A DNA stretch of 32,115 nt, from positions 1 to 32,115 of IMG/VR virus record IMGVR_UViG_3300021961_000368. One strand, written 5' to 3'. Each line of letters starts with the position of its first letter. The first letter of the stretch is position 1. Origin of the DNA: a virus. Its lineage: Duplodnaviria; Caudoviricetes. Positions 1-9,161 of the stretch are shown here, piece after piece. The notes beneath the pieces are model-generated. The model saw nothing but the letters and a program-made list of their open reading frames with translations, did no database searches and was not told where the DNA came from. A program made the position numbers and the translations under genes.

Positions 1-2
1 AT

Positions 3-149
3 TACCGGATTTCCACCCTGAAAAAGCGGGTCGATGCCGAGGATTGGGATGGGGCAGCAACCGAAATCGTGAAGTGGAATAAAGCCGCCGGTCGGGTTCT
101 GCCCGGATTAACCCGCAGACGAACTGCTGAAGCTGCGATGTTGAGGTAG
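3..149 (+). CDS. GH24 phage lysozyme/endolysin, C-terminal part (5' end outside the window)
   Basis: Manual translation gives YRISTLKKRVDAEDWDGAATEIVKWNKAAGRVLPGLTRRRTAEAAMLR*, matching the typical GH24 C-terminus (STL..., W.KA.G..L.GL.RRR.AE). Confidence 0.9.
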   Translation, partial: YRISTLKKRVDAEDWDGAATEIVKWNKAAGRVLPGLTRRRTAEAAMLR

Positions 150-151
150 AG

Positions 152-2038
152 ATGCCATTATCCAAGCTGATATTTAAACCCGGCGTCAACCGCGAGAACA
201 CGCGCTATACCACGGAAGGTGGCTGGTATGAGTGCGACAAGGTGCGCTTTCGGCAAGGCACTCCAGAGACAATCGGTGGCTGGCAACCACAGACACTCAA
301 CACATTCTTAGGCGCGTGCCGGTCACTTTGGAACTGGGTAACGCTTAGCTCGTTAAACCTGATTAGCCTTGGTACAAACTTAAAGTTTTACATTAACAAA
401 GGCGGTGATTTTTATGACACCACGCCGATTCGCGCTACTGTTACGCTAAATGATCCTTTTGCACTGACCGCTTCCCCGGTTGTGACGGTCACAGATACCG
501 CTCATGGGTGTGAAAACGGCGATTTTGTTACCTTCAGTGGGGCAACCGACATTGGTGGGGCTGGTACTAATGTCACTGCGGCGGTGCTAAATCAAGAGTT
601 TCAGATTACTTTTGTGGACGCTAATACGTACACAATCACGATTTCTGTCACGCCAAATGCTACGGCTATTGCTGGCTCCCCCGGTGGTGGGGCCGCTGTG
701 AGTGCGGCGTACCAAATAAACACAGGATCTGCGTTTGCGGTTCCGGTAGTCGGATGGGGCGCTGGCCCGTGGGGGTCTGGTGTTTGGGGGTCGGGAGGCG
801 CTACGCTGTCCCCGGTGCGGCTGTGGAGTCAAACAAACTACGGCGAGGATTTAATTTTTGGCCCCCGTGGTGGTGGTGTGTATTACTGGGACGCCACTAC
901 TGGCGTAGGGTCACGCGGGGTTGACCTGACCACACTAGGCGACGCCGACACGCCGGTTGTCCAGAATGTAATTTCCGTGTCAGATACGTCCCGGTTTGTG
1001 CTGGTGTTTGGCACGAACGACTATGGCTCCAGTACGCTAGACCCCATGCTAATTCGCTGGTCGGCGCAGGACGATCCGTTCACATGGTCCCCCGCTGCAA
1101 CAAACCAAGCAGGCAGCATCCGGCTGTCACACGGCTCAGAAATTATTACGGTGGTGCAGACCCGACAGGAAGTTGTCGTAATCACCGACTCTTCCGTCTA
1201 CAGTATGCAGTACCTCGGCCCTCCGGCAGTCTGGGGTGTCCAGCTTCTTGGAGATAACATCTCTATCGCGGGGCCGAATGCTGCGATCATTGCCTCCGGG
1301 GTTGTGTATTGGATGGGCATCGACAAGTTCTACGCCTATGACGGGCGCACTCAGACGCTTAATTGTGATCTGCGCCGGTTTGTATTCAATGACTTTAACT
1401 TGTCCCAACGCGAGCTTGTGTACTGCGGGTCAAACGAAGCGTTCAATGAAGTCTGGTGGTTCTACGCATCCGCCGGATCTCAGGTGGTGGATCGGTATGT
1501 TGTTTATAACTACCTAGAGCGTGTCTGGTACTACGGGACTATGAACCGTAGTGCGTGGTTGGATTCCGGACTTCGGTCGTACCCACTGGCGACGCTGTAT
1601 GACCCTGACACACAGACTGGCCGGTTGCTTGAGCATGAAAATGGGCTAAATGACAACACGGACGGTACCGACAACCCAATTAATGCGTACATTTCGTCAG
1701 CAGAATTCGACATTCAGGACGGCCATCAGTTCGGGTTTGTCTGGCGGGTGCTGCCTGACTTGACGTTTAGTAACTCGACGAATTCGCCGTCTGCGGAAGC
1801 GCCAAAAGTTGCGATGACTCTGCGGGGTCTGTACAACTCAGGCTCCGGGCAAATTGACTCGGCGACCAAGAATGTCTCCAGAGGCAGTACGTACACGATC
1901 ACCGAGGAGTTTACTGGTCAGATTTACACACGGGTGCGTGGCCGTCAGATGATCTTTGAGATTGAGTCCAACCAAGTCAACACGGCATGGCAGCTTGGCG
2001 CACCCCGGTTCGACATCCGTCCTGATGGCCGCAGATGA
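152..2038 (+). CDS. Tail hub/nozzle (packaged-DNA stabilisation, P22 gp10-like) protein with an inserted beta-rich domain
   Basis: 628 aa, beta-rich, with repeated WD-like strands (IRWS.QDD...W, VYWMG.DKFY.YDG, FNEVWWFY). GAGG RBS upstream. First gene of the virion block. Confidence 0.65.
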   Translation: MPLSKLIFKPGVNRENTRYTTEGGWYECDKVRFRQGTPETIGGWQPQTLNTFLGACRSLWNWVTLSSLNLISLGTNLKFYINKGGDFYDTTPIRATVTLNDPFALTASPVVTVTDTAHGCENGDFVTFSGATDIGGAGTNVTAAVLNQEFQITFVDANTYTITISVTPNATAIAGSPGGGAAVSAAYQINTGSAFAVPVVGWGAGPWGSGVWGSGGATLSPVRLWSQTNYGEDLIFGPRGGGVYYWDATTGVGSRGVDLTTLGDADTPVVQNVISVSDTSRFVLVFGTNDYGSSTLDPMLIRWSAQDDPFTWSPAATNQAGSIRLSHGSEIITVVQTRQEVVVITDSSVYSMQYLGPPAVWGVQLLGDNISIAGPNAAIIASGVVYWMGIDKFYAYDGRTQTLNCDLRRFVFNDFNLSQRELVYCGSNEAFNEVWWFYASAGSQVVDRYVVYNYLERVWYYGTMNRSAWLDSGLRSYPLATLYDPDTQTGRLLEHENGLNDNTDGTDNPINAYISSAEFDIQDGHQFGFVWRVLPDLTFSNSTNSPSAEAPKVAMTLRGLYNSGSGQIDSATKNVSRGSTYTITEEFTGQIYTRVRGRQMIFEIESNQVNTAWQLGAPRFDIRPDGRR

Positions 2039-3408
2039 CTACACAAATCGTCACCACGGAGTTTTCTCTTGACAGGTTGGTCCCTCCCAACTTGCCGTTG
2101 GCTCCGGTGCAGTACGAGTCCCGGTATCAGGAGGCGCTTAATAACGTCCTGCGGCTGTACTTTAACCAGCTAGACAATTTTTTGGCGAAGCTCATGGCAA
2201 CAAGTACGTCAATCCCGGTCACGTTCCCCGGCATGGAGGCGGATGCGTTTGGTCGCTTACGTACCAGCAATCCGTTTACGCTATTTGATAGCCAAAATCG
2301 GTATGAGAAAGACCCTCAGTTTGCAGAATCAACGGTAAATGGCGCTGCGATTACCTTCGACGCTGACGCTTCTACGGTGCTGATGGCTGCGGATACAACT
2401 TCGGGGTCAAAGGCGGTTCGTCAGACTTACCGGGTGTTTCCCTACCAGCCGGGTAAGAGTTTGCTGGTCTTAGCGACGTTTGTAATGGCCGATGCTCAGA
2501 CCAACCTGCGCCAGCGGGTCGGCTACTTTAATACCGATAACGGGGTATTTTTCCAAAAGAATGGGTCGATAAACTCATTTGTTTTGCGCACTGCAACAAG
2601 CGGTACGCCTAGTGATGCCCGGACGGTTAATCAGGCTGATTGGAATGGAGATAAGCTGGACGGGACCGGGGACAGCGGGATCACGTTAGATACGTCTAAG
2701 TCACAGATTCTGTTTACGGATTTTGAGTGGCTTGGGGTTGGATCGGTGCGCTGTGGCTTTGTGATTGACGGGCGGTTTATTATTTGCCACACCTTCCAAA
2801 ACGCCAATTCCCAGACCGGCGTATATATGACCACGGCAATTTTGCCGATCCGCTACGAAATTGAGGCAACGGATACGCTGGCTACCGGCGCAACAATGAA
2901 GCAAATATGCTCCACGGTAATCTCGGAAGGTGGCTATGAGCAAGCGGTAGCCAATCAGTTTGCCCGTAGAAGCACGGCGTTATCGACTATTTCTGATACC
3001 TTTTTGCCGGTAGTTTCAATTCGGCTGGCATCAGATTCCTTGGGCGCGGCGGTTCTTATTCAGGGTATTCAGGTATTCCCGACCACTACACAGAATTATG
3101 AAGTGGCCTTGTTTAAAAATGCTACCCTGACTGGGGCAAGCTGGAATACCTCGACGTTTAGCCATGTGGACTACGACGAAACCGCGACTGCCGTTTCCGG
3201 TGGAACGATGGTGCTACAAAGCTACGCGGCCTCATCTTCCCAAGGGCGAGCAGTGTCTACGACCCCGAGCGGATATAACTTCAGCCTACAACTTGGTGTA
3301 GACCTGTCTGGGACTAGCGATGTGTATACGCTGGCGGTGCGCACACTGACTTCGACGCCGACTGGAGATGCGTTCGGAGTTATCGACTTTATTGATTTAA
3401 CTGATTAA
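2035..3408 (+). CDS. Tail-associated protein: short N-terminal anchor plus lectin-like beta domain (putative receptor binding)
   Basis: ATGA overlap with the previous gene. N-terminal PPNLPLAP..Y...LRLYFNQLD segment is followed by a DAFGRLR.S.P.TLFD...DFEWLGVG beta-sandwich-type domain. Confidence 0.55.
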   Translation: MTTQIVTTEFSLDRLVPPNLPLAPVQYESRYQEALNNVLRLYFNQLDNFLAKLMATSTSIPVTFPGMEADAFGRLRTSNPFTLFDSQNRYEKDPQFAESTVNGAAITFDADASTVLMAADTTSGSKAVRQTYRVFPYQPGKSLLVLATFVMADAQTNLRQRVGYFNTDNGVFFQKNGSINSFVLRTATSGTPSDARTVNQADWNGDKLDGTGDSGITLDTSKSQILFTDFEWLGVGSVRCGFVIDGRFIICHTFQNANSQTGVYMTTAILPIRYEIEATDTLATGATMKQICSTVISEGGYEQAVANQFARRSTALSTISDTFLPVVSIRLASDSLGAAVLIQGIQVFPTTTQNYEVALFKNATLTGASWNTSTFSHVDYDETATAVSGGTMVLQSYAASSSQGRAVSTTPSGYNFSLQLGVDLSGTSDVYTLAVRTLTSTPTGDAFGVIDFIDLTD

Positions 3409-3431
3409 AATTCAGAAAAATGGAGTGAATT

Positions 3432-4451
3432 ATGGGTGCTGAAGCGATGTTGCTAGGCGCTGCGGTCGGCGGTGCTACCAGCGCGATGCAGAAGAAAGAC
3501 CCGCTATCAGGCGCTCTTATGGGGGCACTGGGCGGCGCGGTCATGCCGGGTATTACAAACGCCCTCGGTATCGGTGGTGGGGCTGCTGCGGGTACGGCTG
3601 CTGGTACGGCTGCAAACGCGGGGGCGCAAGCTGCTGCCGCTGCGCAACCGGCAACTTATATGGATGCTGCTATTGATCTTGGCGCTCTCAAAGGTGCTGG
3701 GGGGTCAATGGCGTTAGATCCGCAAGCGGCGATTGACTTTGGGGCGCTTAAAGGCGCTGGTAATGCAGCGATTCCAAATATCGAATCCACGGGACTTCAG
3801 GCTAATGCCCCCAGCATGCTGCACCCGGCAAAAGATGTTCTAAACATTGCTTCAGTTGCCCCTGACACACAAATAGCTGGACCTGTATCGACACAAGCCG
3901 CCGATACCGGCCCCCTCAGTGGACTTAAAAACTGGTGGGGTGGTCTGAGTGGTAAAGAAAAGCTCCTCTACGGTGGTGGCGCGGGTATCGGCGCTATGAT
4001 GCTTGCTGATCGGATGAACGCGCCGGATATGCCGTCCTCCAAGTATTCGGGGCCGCTTTCTAAGTTTAGTTTTGACCCAAGGAAGTACCGCAGTTCTATG
4101 TATGCCGCCGAAGGCGGTATTGTTGCTTTGGCTGCGGGGGGATCACCTGCGCGTCGCCCGGATGGCGGCATCTCAAGTCTTGGCTCATACTCTGATGGTG
4201 GCCGTATGCTGCGCGGTCCCGGTGATGGGATGAGCGACAGTATCCCCGGTGTTATTGGCGGCAAGCGCCCTGCACGGCTTGCAGATGGTGAGTTTGTGGT
4301 CCCGGCTGACGTTGTTTCTGGGCTTGGGAACGGATCAACTGATGCTGGCGCTCGGCAACTGTATGCAATGATGGACAAAGTGCGCAAGGCACGTACCGGC
4401 AAGAAAACCCAAGGGCGTGAAATTAACGCTCGCAAGTACATGCCCGCATAA
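3432..4451 (+). CDS. Internal virion/ejection protein (Gly/Ala-rich)
   Basis: GGAG RBS. Glycine-zipper-like hydrophobic segments. C-terminal GPGDGMSDSIP...LADGEFVVPADVV motif seen in phage virion and tape-measure proteins. Confidence 0.6.
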   Translation: MGAEAMLLGAAVGGATSAMQKKDPLSGALMGALGGAVMPGITNALGIGGGAAAGTAAGTAANAGAQAAAAAQPATYMDAAIDLGALKGAGGSMALDPQAAIDFGALKGAGNAAIPNIESTGLQANAPSMLHPAKDVLNIASVAPDTQIAGPVSTQAADTGPLSGLKNWWGGLSGKEKLLYGGGAGIGAMMLADRMNAPDMPSSKYSGPLSKFSFDPRKYRSSMYAAEGGIVALAAGGSPARRPDGGISSLGSYSDGGRMLRGPGDGMSDSIPGVIGGKRPARLADGEFVVPADVVSGLGNGSTDAGARQLYAMMDKVRKARTGKKTQGREINARKYMPA

Positions 4452-4454
4452 GGA

Positions 4455-5873
4455 ATGGCAATGAGAAAGAAACATTACTCCGTTGATAAGTACGGTAGGA
4501 AGGTCAGCAGGTTTTTCGCCGGTGGTGACGGGGATAGTAGCGACGATGGTTCATCCGACGCAGGTACAGGTGGCGCTGACCCCGGAGATGGCAGTGCGCC
4601 GGGGGATGCTGGTGACGCTGGCGGAAACGGTGGTGGTATTGAGACGCTAGTATCTAATACAGGGACCACAACGCCTCCGGTCACTACAACAACCACTGCT
4701 GGGTTAAGTGGCCCCGGTAATACGGAATACACTCCGCAGCAGATTGCCGACGCGCTACGCGCCGAGCTTGGTATGCGACCCGGTACGACGTACTGGGACA
4801 TGATGCAGTATGGGAAGCAGCAATACGGCCTGTCGCCCGACCAAATCAATCAAGCCTACCAAGACATTCAAGGTAGCGTCACCCCCTACAATCGGCCAAC
4901 TCCCGGCACTATTTATTCGGCCCCGCCGACTGCGTACCAGCCGGTGCGTTACACCCCTCAGTATGACCAGTACGGTCAAGGGATCGCCTCGTTGTTTGGG
5001 CGTGGGTACAGCCAATATTTCCAGCCGCCCGGACTGACTGGTACGTACTTCTTTGGTTCTCCCGGCACCGCGCCGACTTACGTAGCCCCCGACGGCACTA
5101 ATCTTGGACCGGGGACGCAATTAACCCCCGGAACACAGCCTCCCCCGATAACCCAACGGCCCCCGACACAAACTATTCCGGGGCTAACACCCGCGCAGCA
5201 AGAACAATACAACACGCTATCCGAGCAGGACAGAGCACGATACCTCCAAGCTTTAGGGCTTTATAACGCTCCGGGCAACGTACAGTCTGACGCGGCTTTG
5301 ATGCGGCAATACATGCAGGAAAACAACCTGAACGCTAGTGACATGGCGCAGTTGGTTGGGACAACTACAGATGTGATTACGTCATACCTTGGGCAAGCGA
5401 ATCTAACAGACGCGCAGCTTGGTCGCTATACAAATCTTAATACCCAGCAACAAAGACAGTACGCTGATCTGGCTGCTGCTTATAACGCCCCCGGAGATAC
5501 GGCATCTGATGCAGCGCAAATGCTCGGCATAATGCAGCAAAGTAATTTGTCCGCTGCGGATGTGGCTGCACTCACGGGCATCCCAATTAATGCCGTCAAT
5601 GACTATTTGGCCCTTGCTACACCTACTGTAGAGGCTTCCATGGAAACAACAAACACCCCGCAACGTGTTGACTATTCCCAGTACGCTGAGACACCGGCAA
5701 CGGGTAGCACTCCGGAAAGCATGGGGTACAGCACCGCCGCGCAGGACATTGCTGATGCGTATCTGCAAGCGGCGTCCGCTGGTGTTTCCGGCGATCAATT
5801 CCTCCAATATGCGCGGGATGCTGGCTATACCGATGCTCAACTGCAAGCGGCGTATGAGTTGTTGCCCAAATGA
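4455..5873 (+). CDS. Putative internal virion protein with low-complexity regions and internal repeats
   Basis: 472 aa. Acidic Gly/Asp N-terminus, Pro/Thr linkers, two 73-aa tandem repeats. Tightly packed in the late operon. Confidence 0.55.
   Translation: MAMRKKHYSVDKYGRKVSRFFAGGDGDSSDDGSSDAGTGGADPGDGSAPGDAGDAGGNGGGIETLVSNTGTTTPPVTTTTTAGLSGPGNTEYTPQQIADALRAELGMRPGTTYWDMMQYGKQQYGLSPDQINQAYQDIQGSVTPYNRPTPGTIYSAPPTAYQPVRYTPQYDQYGQGIASLFGRGYSQYFQPPGLTGTYFFGSPGTAPTYVAPDGTNLGPGTQLTPGTQPPPITQRPPTQTIPGLTPAQQEQYNTLSEQDRARYLQALGLYNAPGNVQSDAALMRQYMQENNLNASDMAQLVGTTTDVITSYLGQANLTDAQLGRYTNLNTQQQRQYADLAAAYNAPGDTASDAAQMLGIMQQSNLSAADVAALTGIPINAVNDYLALATPTVEASMETTNTPQRVDYSQYAETPATGSTPESMGYSTAAQDIADAYLQAASAGVSGDQFLQYARDAGYTDAQLQAAYELLPK
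5184..5612 (+). repeat. Two diverged 73-aa tandem protein repeats
   Basis: LTPAQQEQYNTL...YNAPGNVQSDAALM...NNLNASDMAQLVG...SYL versus LTDAQLGRYTNL...YNAPGDTASDAAQM...SNLSAADVAALTG...DYL. Unit starts at 5184 and 5403 (219 nt apart). Confidence 0.8.
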
Positions 5874-6301
5874 ACCTTACCGTCCGTCACGTAGATCCCA
5901 ACTACATCCAACAGTTTTGGCCGTTGGTTGAGGGGTACATTGATGAAGCTTTGCAAAAGGGTGATGATTTCGGCCCCGAAGCAAAGAACTACACGACGGA
6001 ACACGTTCGTGTGTTCCTGACTTCATCCCAATGGACTCTCCTTGTGGCGGTCGATGAGGAGCAGCGGGTTCACGGGGCTGCTACGGTGACAATGATTAAT
6101 TACCCACTGCACAGAGTGGCGTTCATCACCACAATCGGCGGCAAATTAATTTCAAACGAAGATACGTTTGATCAGTTAAAGAAGCTCTTGAAGTCCTTTG
6201 GGGCAACAAAAATCCAAGGACTAGGACGCCCAGCGATTGTGCGTCTTTGGAGCAAATACAATTTTGAACCACGTAATACGTTGGTAGAGGTGCTGATATG
6301 A
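5870..6301 (+). CDS. GNAT-fold-like virion assembly protein (P22 gp14/T7 gp13-like position)
   Basis: 143 aa, alpha/beta pattern typical of acetyltransferase folds. Sits directly before the ejection genes with ATGA overlaps on both sides. Confidence 0.5.
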   Translation: MNLTVRHVDPNYIQQFWPLVEGYIDEALQKGDDFGPEAKNYTTEHVRVFLTSSQWTLLVAVDEEQRVHGAATVTMINYPLHRVAFITTIGGKLISNEDTFDQLKKLLKSFGATKIQGLGRPAIVRLWSKYNFEPRNTLVEVLI

Positions 6302-7356
6302 GCGGCGGCGGCGGTCCTACTTCATCTACAGTCACACAGACAAACATCCCCGAGTACGCTCAACCTTATGTTGAGTCAATGCTGGGGGCGTCTCTTAAAG
6401 AAGCGTTTAACGTAAAGCAAACTGGCACGGGCGCGGATGCGACGTATGACATCCAAAGTGTTAGACCTTATAAGCCGTACAGCCTAGACCCCACTGAGTA
6501 TGTTGCCGGATTCTCTCCGCTCCAACAGGCCGCTTTCCTTGGGGCTGGTCAGCTTCAGGTTCCGGGGCAGATTGGTCTGGGCAGTGACATTACTGCGGCT
6601 GCGGCAGCATCCTCTGCGGATGTTGGGCAACAGGCTATGGGCTATGGCGGCATGGGTGCCGCTACCGGACAAAATTACTTTAACCAAGTTACCGATCCGA
6701 CACGCATTGGACAGTTGATGAGTCCTTATATGCAGAACGTGGTCGAGCAACAGATGTCCGGGGCGCGTAGGCAAGCGGATATTACCCAACAGGCTCGTAA
6801 CGCACAGCTTGCAAAAGCCGGAGCCTTTGGCGGTTCCAGACAAGCAATTGAGCAAGCGGAAGCAAACCGTGCATTAAATACCCAACTGGCTGGCATCGAG
6901 GCACAGGGGCTTCAGTCGGCGTATGAAAAAGCATTGGCTCAGCAACAGGCAGGCACTCAATTCGGCTTGCAAGGATTGGGCGTAGGCTTACAAGGAATGC
7001 AACAGGGTCTTGGGGCACTAGGTCAAGCTGGTCAGATGGCTGGGCAACTTGGTCAGTTGGGAATGCAGCAGCAGCAAGCGGCGACCGGCATCCTCGGACT
7101 CCAACAGCAGCTTGGTGCAACGCAGCAACAACAGCAGCAGAACATCATCAATCAGGCAATTCAGAACTATGCGACGGCGCAGCAGTACCCGCAACAGCAG
7201 CTTGGCTTCCTGAATGCGATGATCCGAGGCATGGCGACACCCACAACTACGGTTGAGAGTTATCAGGCAGCGCCGTCGCTTACGTCACAGCTTGCTGGCT
7301 TGGGTACGGCGGGCATTGCTGGGCTGGGCATGTACAACGCGATGAATAAAGCGTAA
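6298..7356 (+). CDS. DNA ejection/pilot protein (P22 gp7-like)
   Basis: MSGGGG..S.T.T...PEYAQPY N-terminus, Gln/Gly/Ala-rich helices, GAFGGSR motif, hydrophobic Gly-rich C-terminus. Confidence 0.65.
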   Translation: MSGGGGPTSSTVTQTNIPEYAQPYVESMLGASLKEAFNVKQTGTGADATYDIQSVRPYKPYSLDPTEYVAGFSPLQQAAFLGAGQLQVPGQIGLGSDITAAAAASSADVGQQAMGYGGMGAATGQNYFNQVTDPTRIGQLMSPYMQNVVEQQMSGARRQADITQQARNAQLAKAGAFGGSRQAIEQAEANRALNTQLAGIEAQGLQSAYEKALAQQQAGTQFGLQGLGVGLQGMQQGLGALGQAGQMAGQLGQLGMQQQQAATGILGLQQQLGATQQQQQQNIINQAIQNYATAQQYPQQQLGFLNAMIRGMATPTTTVESYQAAPSLTSQLAGLGTAGIAGLGMYNAMNKA

Positions 7357-7367
7357 GTGAGGATGGC

Positions 7368-9152
7368 ATGAGTATCGTTAGCAAGCTGCTTTCTAGTCCA
7401 AGCTCGTTTTCTATTGAGATGCTTCAGCGCGGAGTGCAGTCCGGCACTGTCCCTGCATATATTGGCATCCCGCTGATTCAGCAGAAGATGCAAGAAAAGA
7501 AAGCCATGGCGGGGATGCAAGCGCGGGCTGGGATGCAGCAACAGCAGCAAACACCTACCCCCGCTGAACAAGTGATGGCAGAAGCCGCACAAGAAACCGC
7601 ACCGCGCATGGCCCCAATGGCACAGGCCGCTCCCGGTATCGACGGACTTCAATCAAACCTGCCTACTGAGTACGCTGGCGGCGGCATCGTCGCGTTTGCT
7701 GACGGTGGGGACGTTGAGCGGTATCAGAATCAGGGGTTGATCCCCTACAGGCCAGACCAACAGGAAATTGGTAGGCTATATGACCAAAGAAACCAAGCAA
7801 TGCAGCGTGGTGATCTTTATGAAATGCGGCAGATAGAAAAGCGCCTTGCCGAGCTAAACATGCCTACCGCACCGTCGGCGACACCAACACTACCTAGTAC
7901 GCCTACACCGGCTGAGATGCGCGATGTAGAACGAGCGCGTCGGTCGGAACAAGGCGCAGGGCTTCGCGCTGCCGCAGGTGAGTTCTACAGGGAAACAAAG
8001 CTTGGATCAGAGCCAGACCCGGCGCAGAGGTACGTAATGCGTCGAGGCGCGGACGAATATAGCGGCGCGGTTACGGGTTATGTAGAGCCACCGCCGTATG
8101 TCCGAGATATATACCCGGAAACAGCAGGGACGCGTGGGCTACCGTCTATCTCTGCTCCCGCTACACCTACCGCTAGTAGCTCAGCAGGTAGTAAGACGGG
8201 GGATGGGTCAGGAATTATGGGGCTTGGGACTGGATTACGCGCAGCTAATTTCCCAGCAGCGCCGTCCGGTCCTTCGGCTACCGAGATTACACAAAACGCG
8301 TTGCAGGGAGTTGGCGAAGAAGGTGTTGGAGGGTATTTTGCGCGCTCTCAGGAACGTGAGCAGCGGCTTATGGATGCTCTTAGCAAAGACCGCCTGCAAG
8401 GAAAAGCCTTTGAAGGGTACGAGGCTTCGCTAAAAAATGAAGCTCTCCAAGCCGGTGCCGATAAAGAGCAAGCTAAGTACATGTCGTTGTTTAAGGCCGG
8501 TCTCGCAATGATGTCAGGCACCTCGCGGCATGCGCTTCAAAACATCGGTGCCGGGGCTATGGTTGGCGCGGAAGATTACCAGCGGGCCTACAAAGATCTT
8601 AAGAAAGCCGAAAAAGAACGCACTAAAGAATTTGCGCTTATCGAACAGGCCCGTCGTGCTGAGCAAAATAATGATCTTAAACGGCGCGATGCGTTGCTGA
8701 TGCGGGCCTCGGATGCAGCCCAAAAACGTGATGACTTTGGTACCCAAGCACTTATTAACGCGGGTATTAAAGATGCTGATCGGGCAGCGGATATGTGGAA
8801 AACGCAGTACAACGCGGCGGCTCACGAGAATATTGCTCATATTACGGGTGGGTACAGCCTAGCGGGGGCACAAGTCCGCGCAAATCGTCTTGCAGGGATT
8901 ACTCCGTACCAATTAGCGTCGCTTCGAGACAAAGTGGCTAAAGGTATAGACATCTATGATGTGCGGTCTGAATTGGCTAAATCGCTTAGAATGAGTAAAA
9001 CTCCTGCACCCGGTCAGGACGCTGAATTTGACCGGCGCGTCAATGAAGCATACGCCAGACGCGTAGACGAAAGAACGGCCCAACGGTTAAGCGGTTCTAC
9101 TGGTGCGAACACTCAATCGTTCGCGGGGTATAAGTTGGTGGGGCCCGAATAA
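7368..9152 (+). CDS. Internal virion/DNA ejection protein
   Basis: 594 aa, GAGG RBS, helical Ala/Gln-rich. Lies between the pilot protein and the giant protein. Carries a YAGGGIVAFADGG motif. Confidence 0.55.
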   Translation: MSIVSKLLSSPSSFSIEMLQRGVQSGTVPAYIGIPLIQQKMQEKKAMAGMQARAGMQQQQQTPTPAEQVMAEAAQETAPRMAPMAQAAPGIDGLQSNLPTEYAGGGIVAFADGGDVERYQNQGLIPYRPDQQEIGRLYDQRNQAMQRGDLYEMRQIEKRLAELNMPTAPSATPTLPSTPTPAEMRDVERARRSEQGAGLRAAAGEFYRETKLGSEPDPAQRYVMRRGADEYSGAVTGYVEPPPYVRDIYPETAGTRGLPSISAPATPTASSSAGSKTGDGSGIMGLGTGLRAANFPAAPSGPSATEITQNALQGVGEEGVGGYFARSQEREQRLMDALSKDRLQGKAFEGYEASLKNEALQAGADKEQAKYMSLFKAGLAMMSGTSRHALQNIGAGAMVGAEDYQRAYKDLKKAEKERTKEFALIEQARRAEQNNDLKRRDALLMRASDAAQKRDDFGTQALINAGIKDADRAADMWKTQYNAAAHENIAHITGGYSLAGAQVRANRLAGITPYQLASLRDKVAKGIDIYDVRSELAKSLRMSKTPAPGQDAEFDRRVNEAYARRVDERTAQRLSGSTGANTQSFAGYKLVGPE

Positions 9153-9161
9153 TAAGGAAAT

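Noticed and set aside
7431-7440. GGAGTGCAGT in gene 7368 as an sRNA target
   Set aside because: It is a short match about 60 nt into a late gene, not at an RBS, and compatible with chance.
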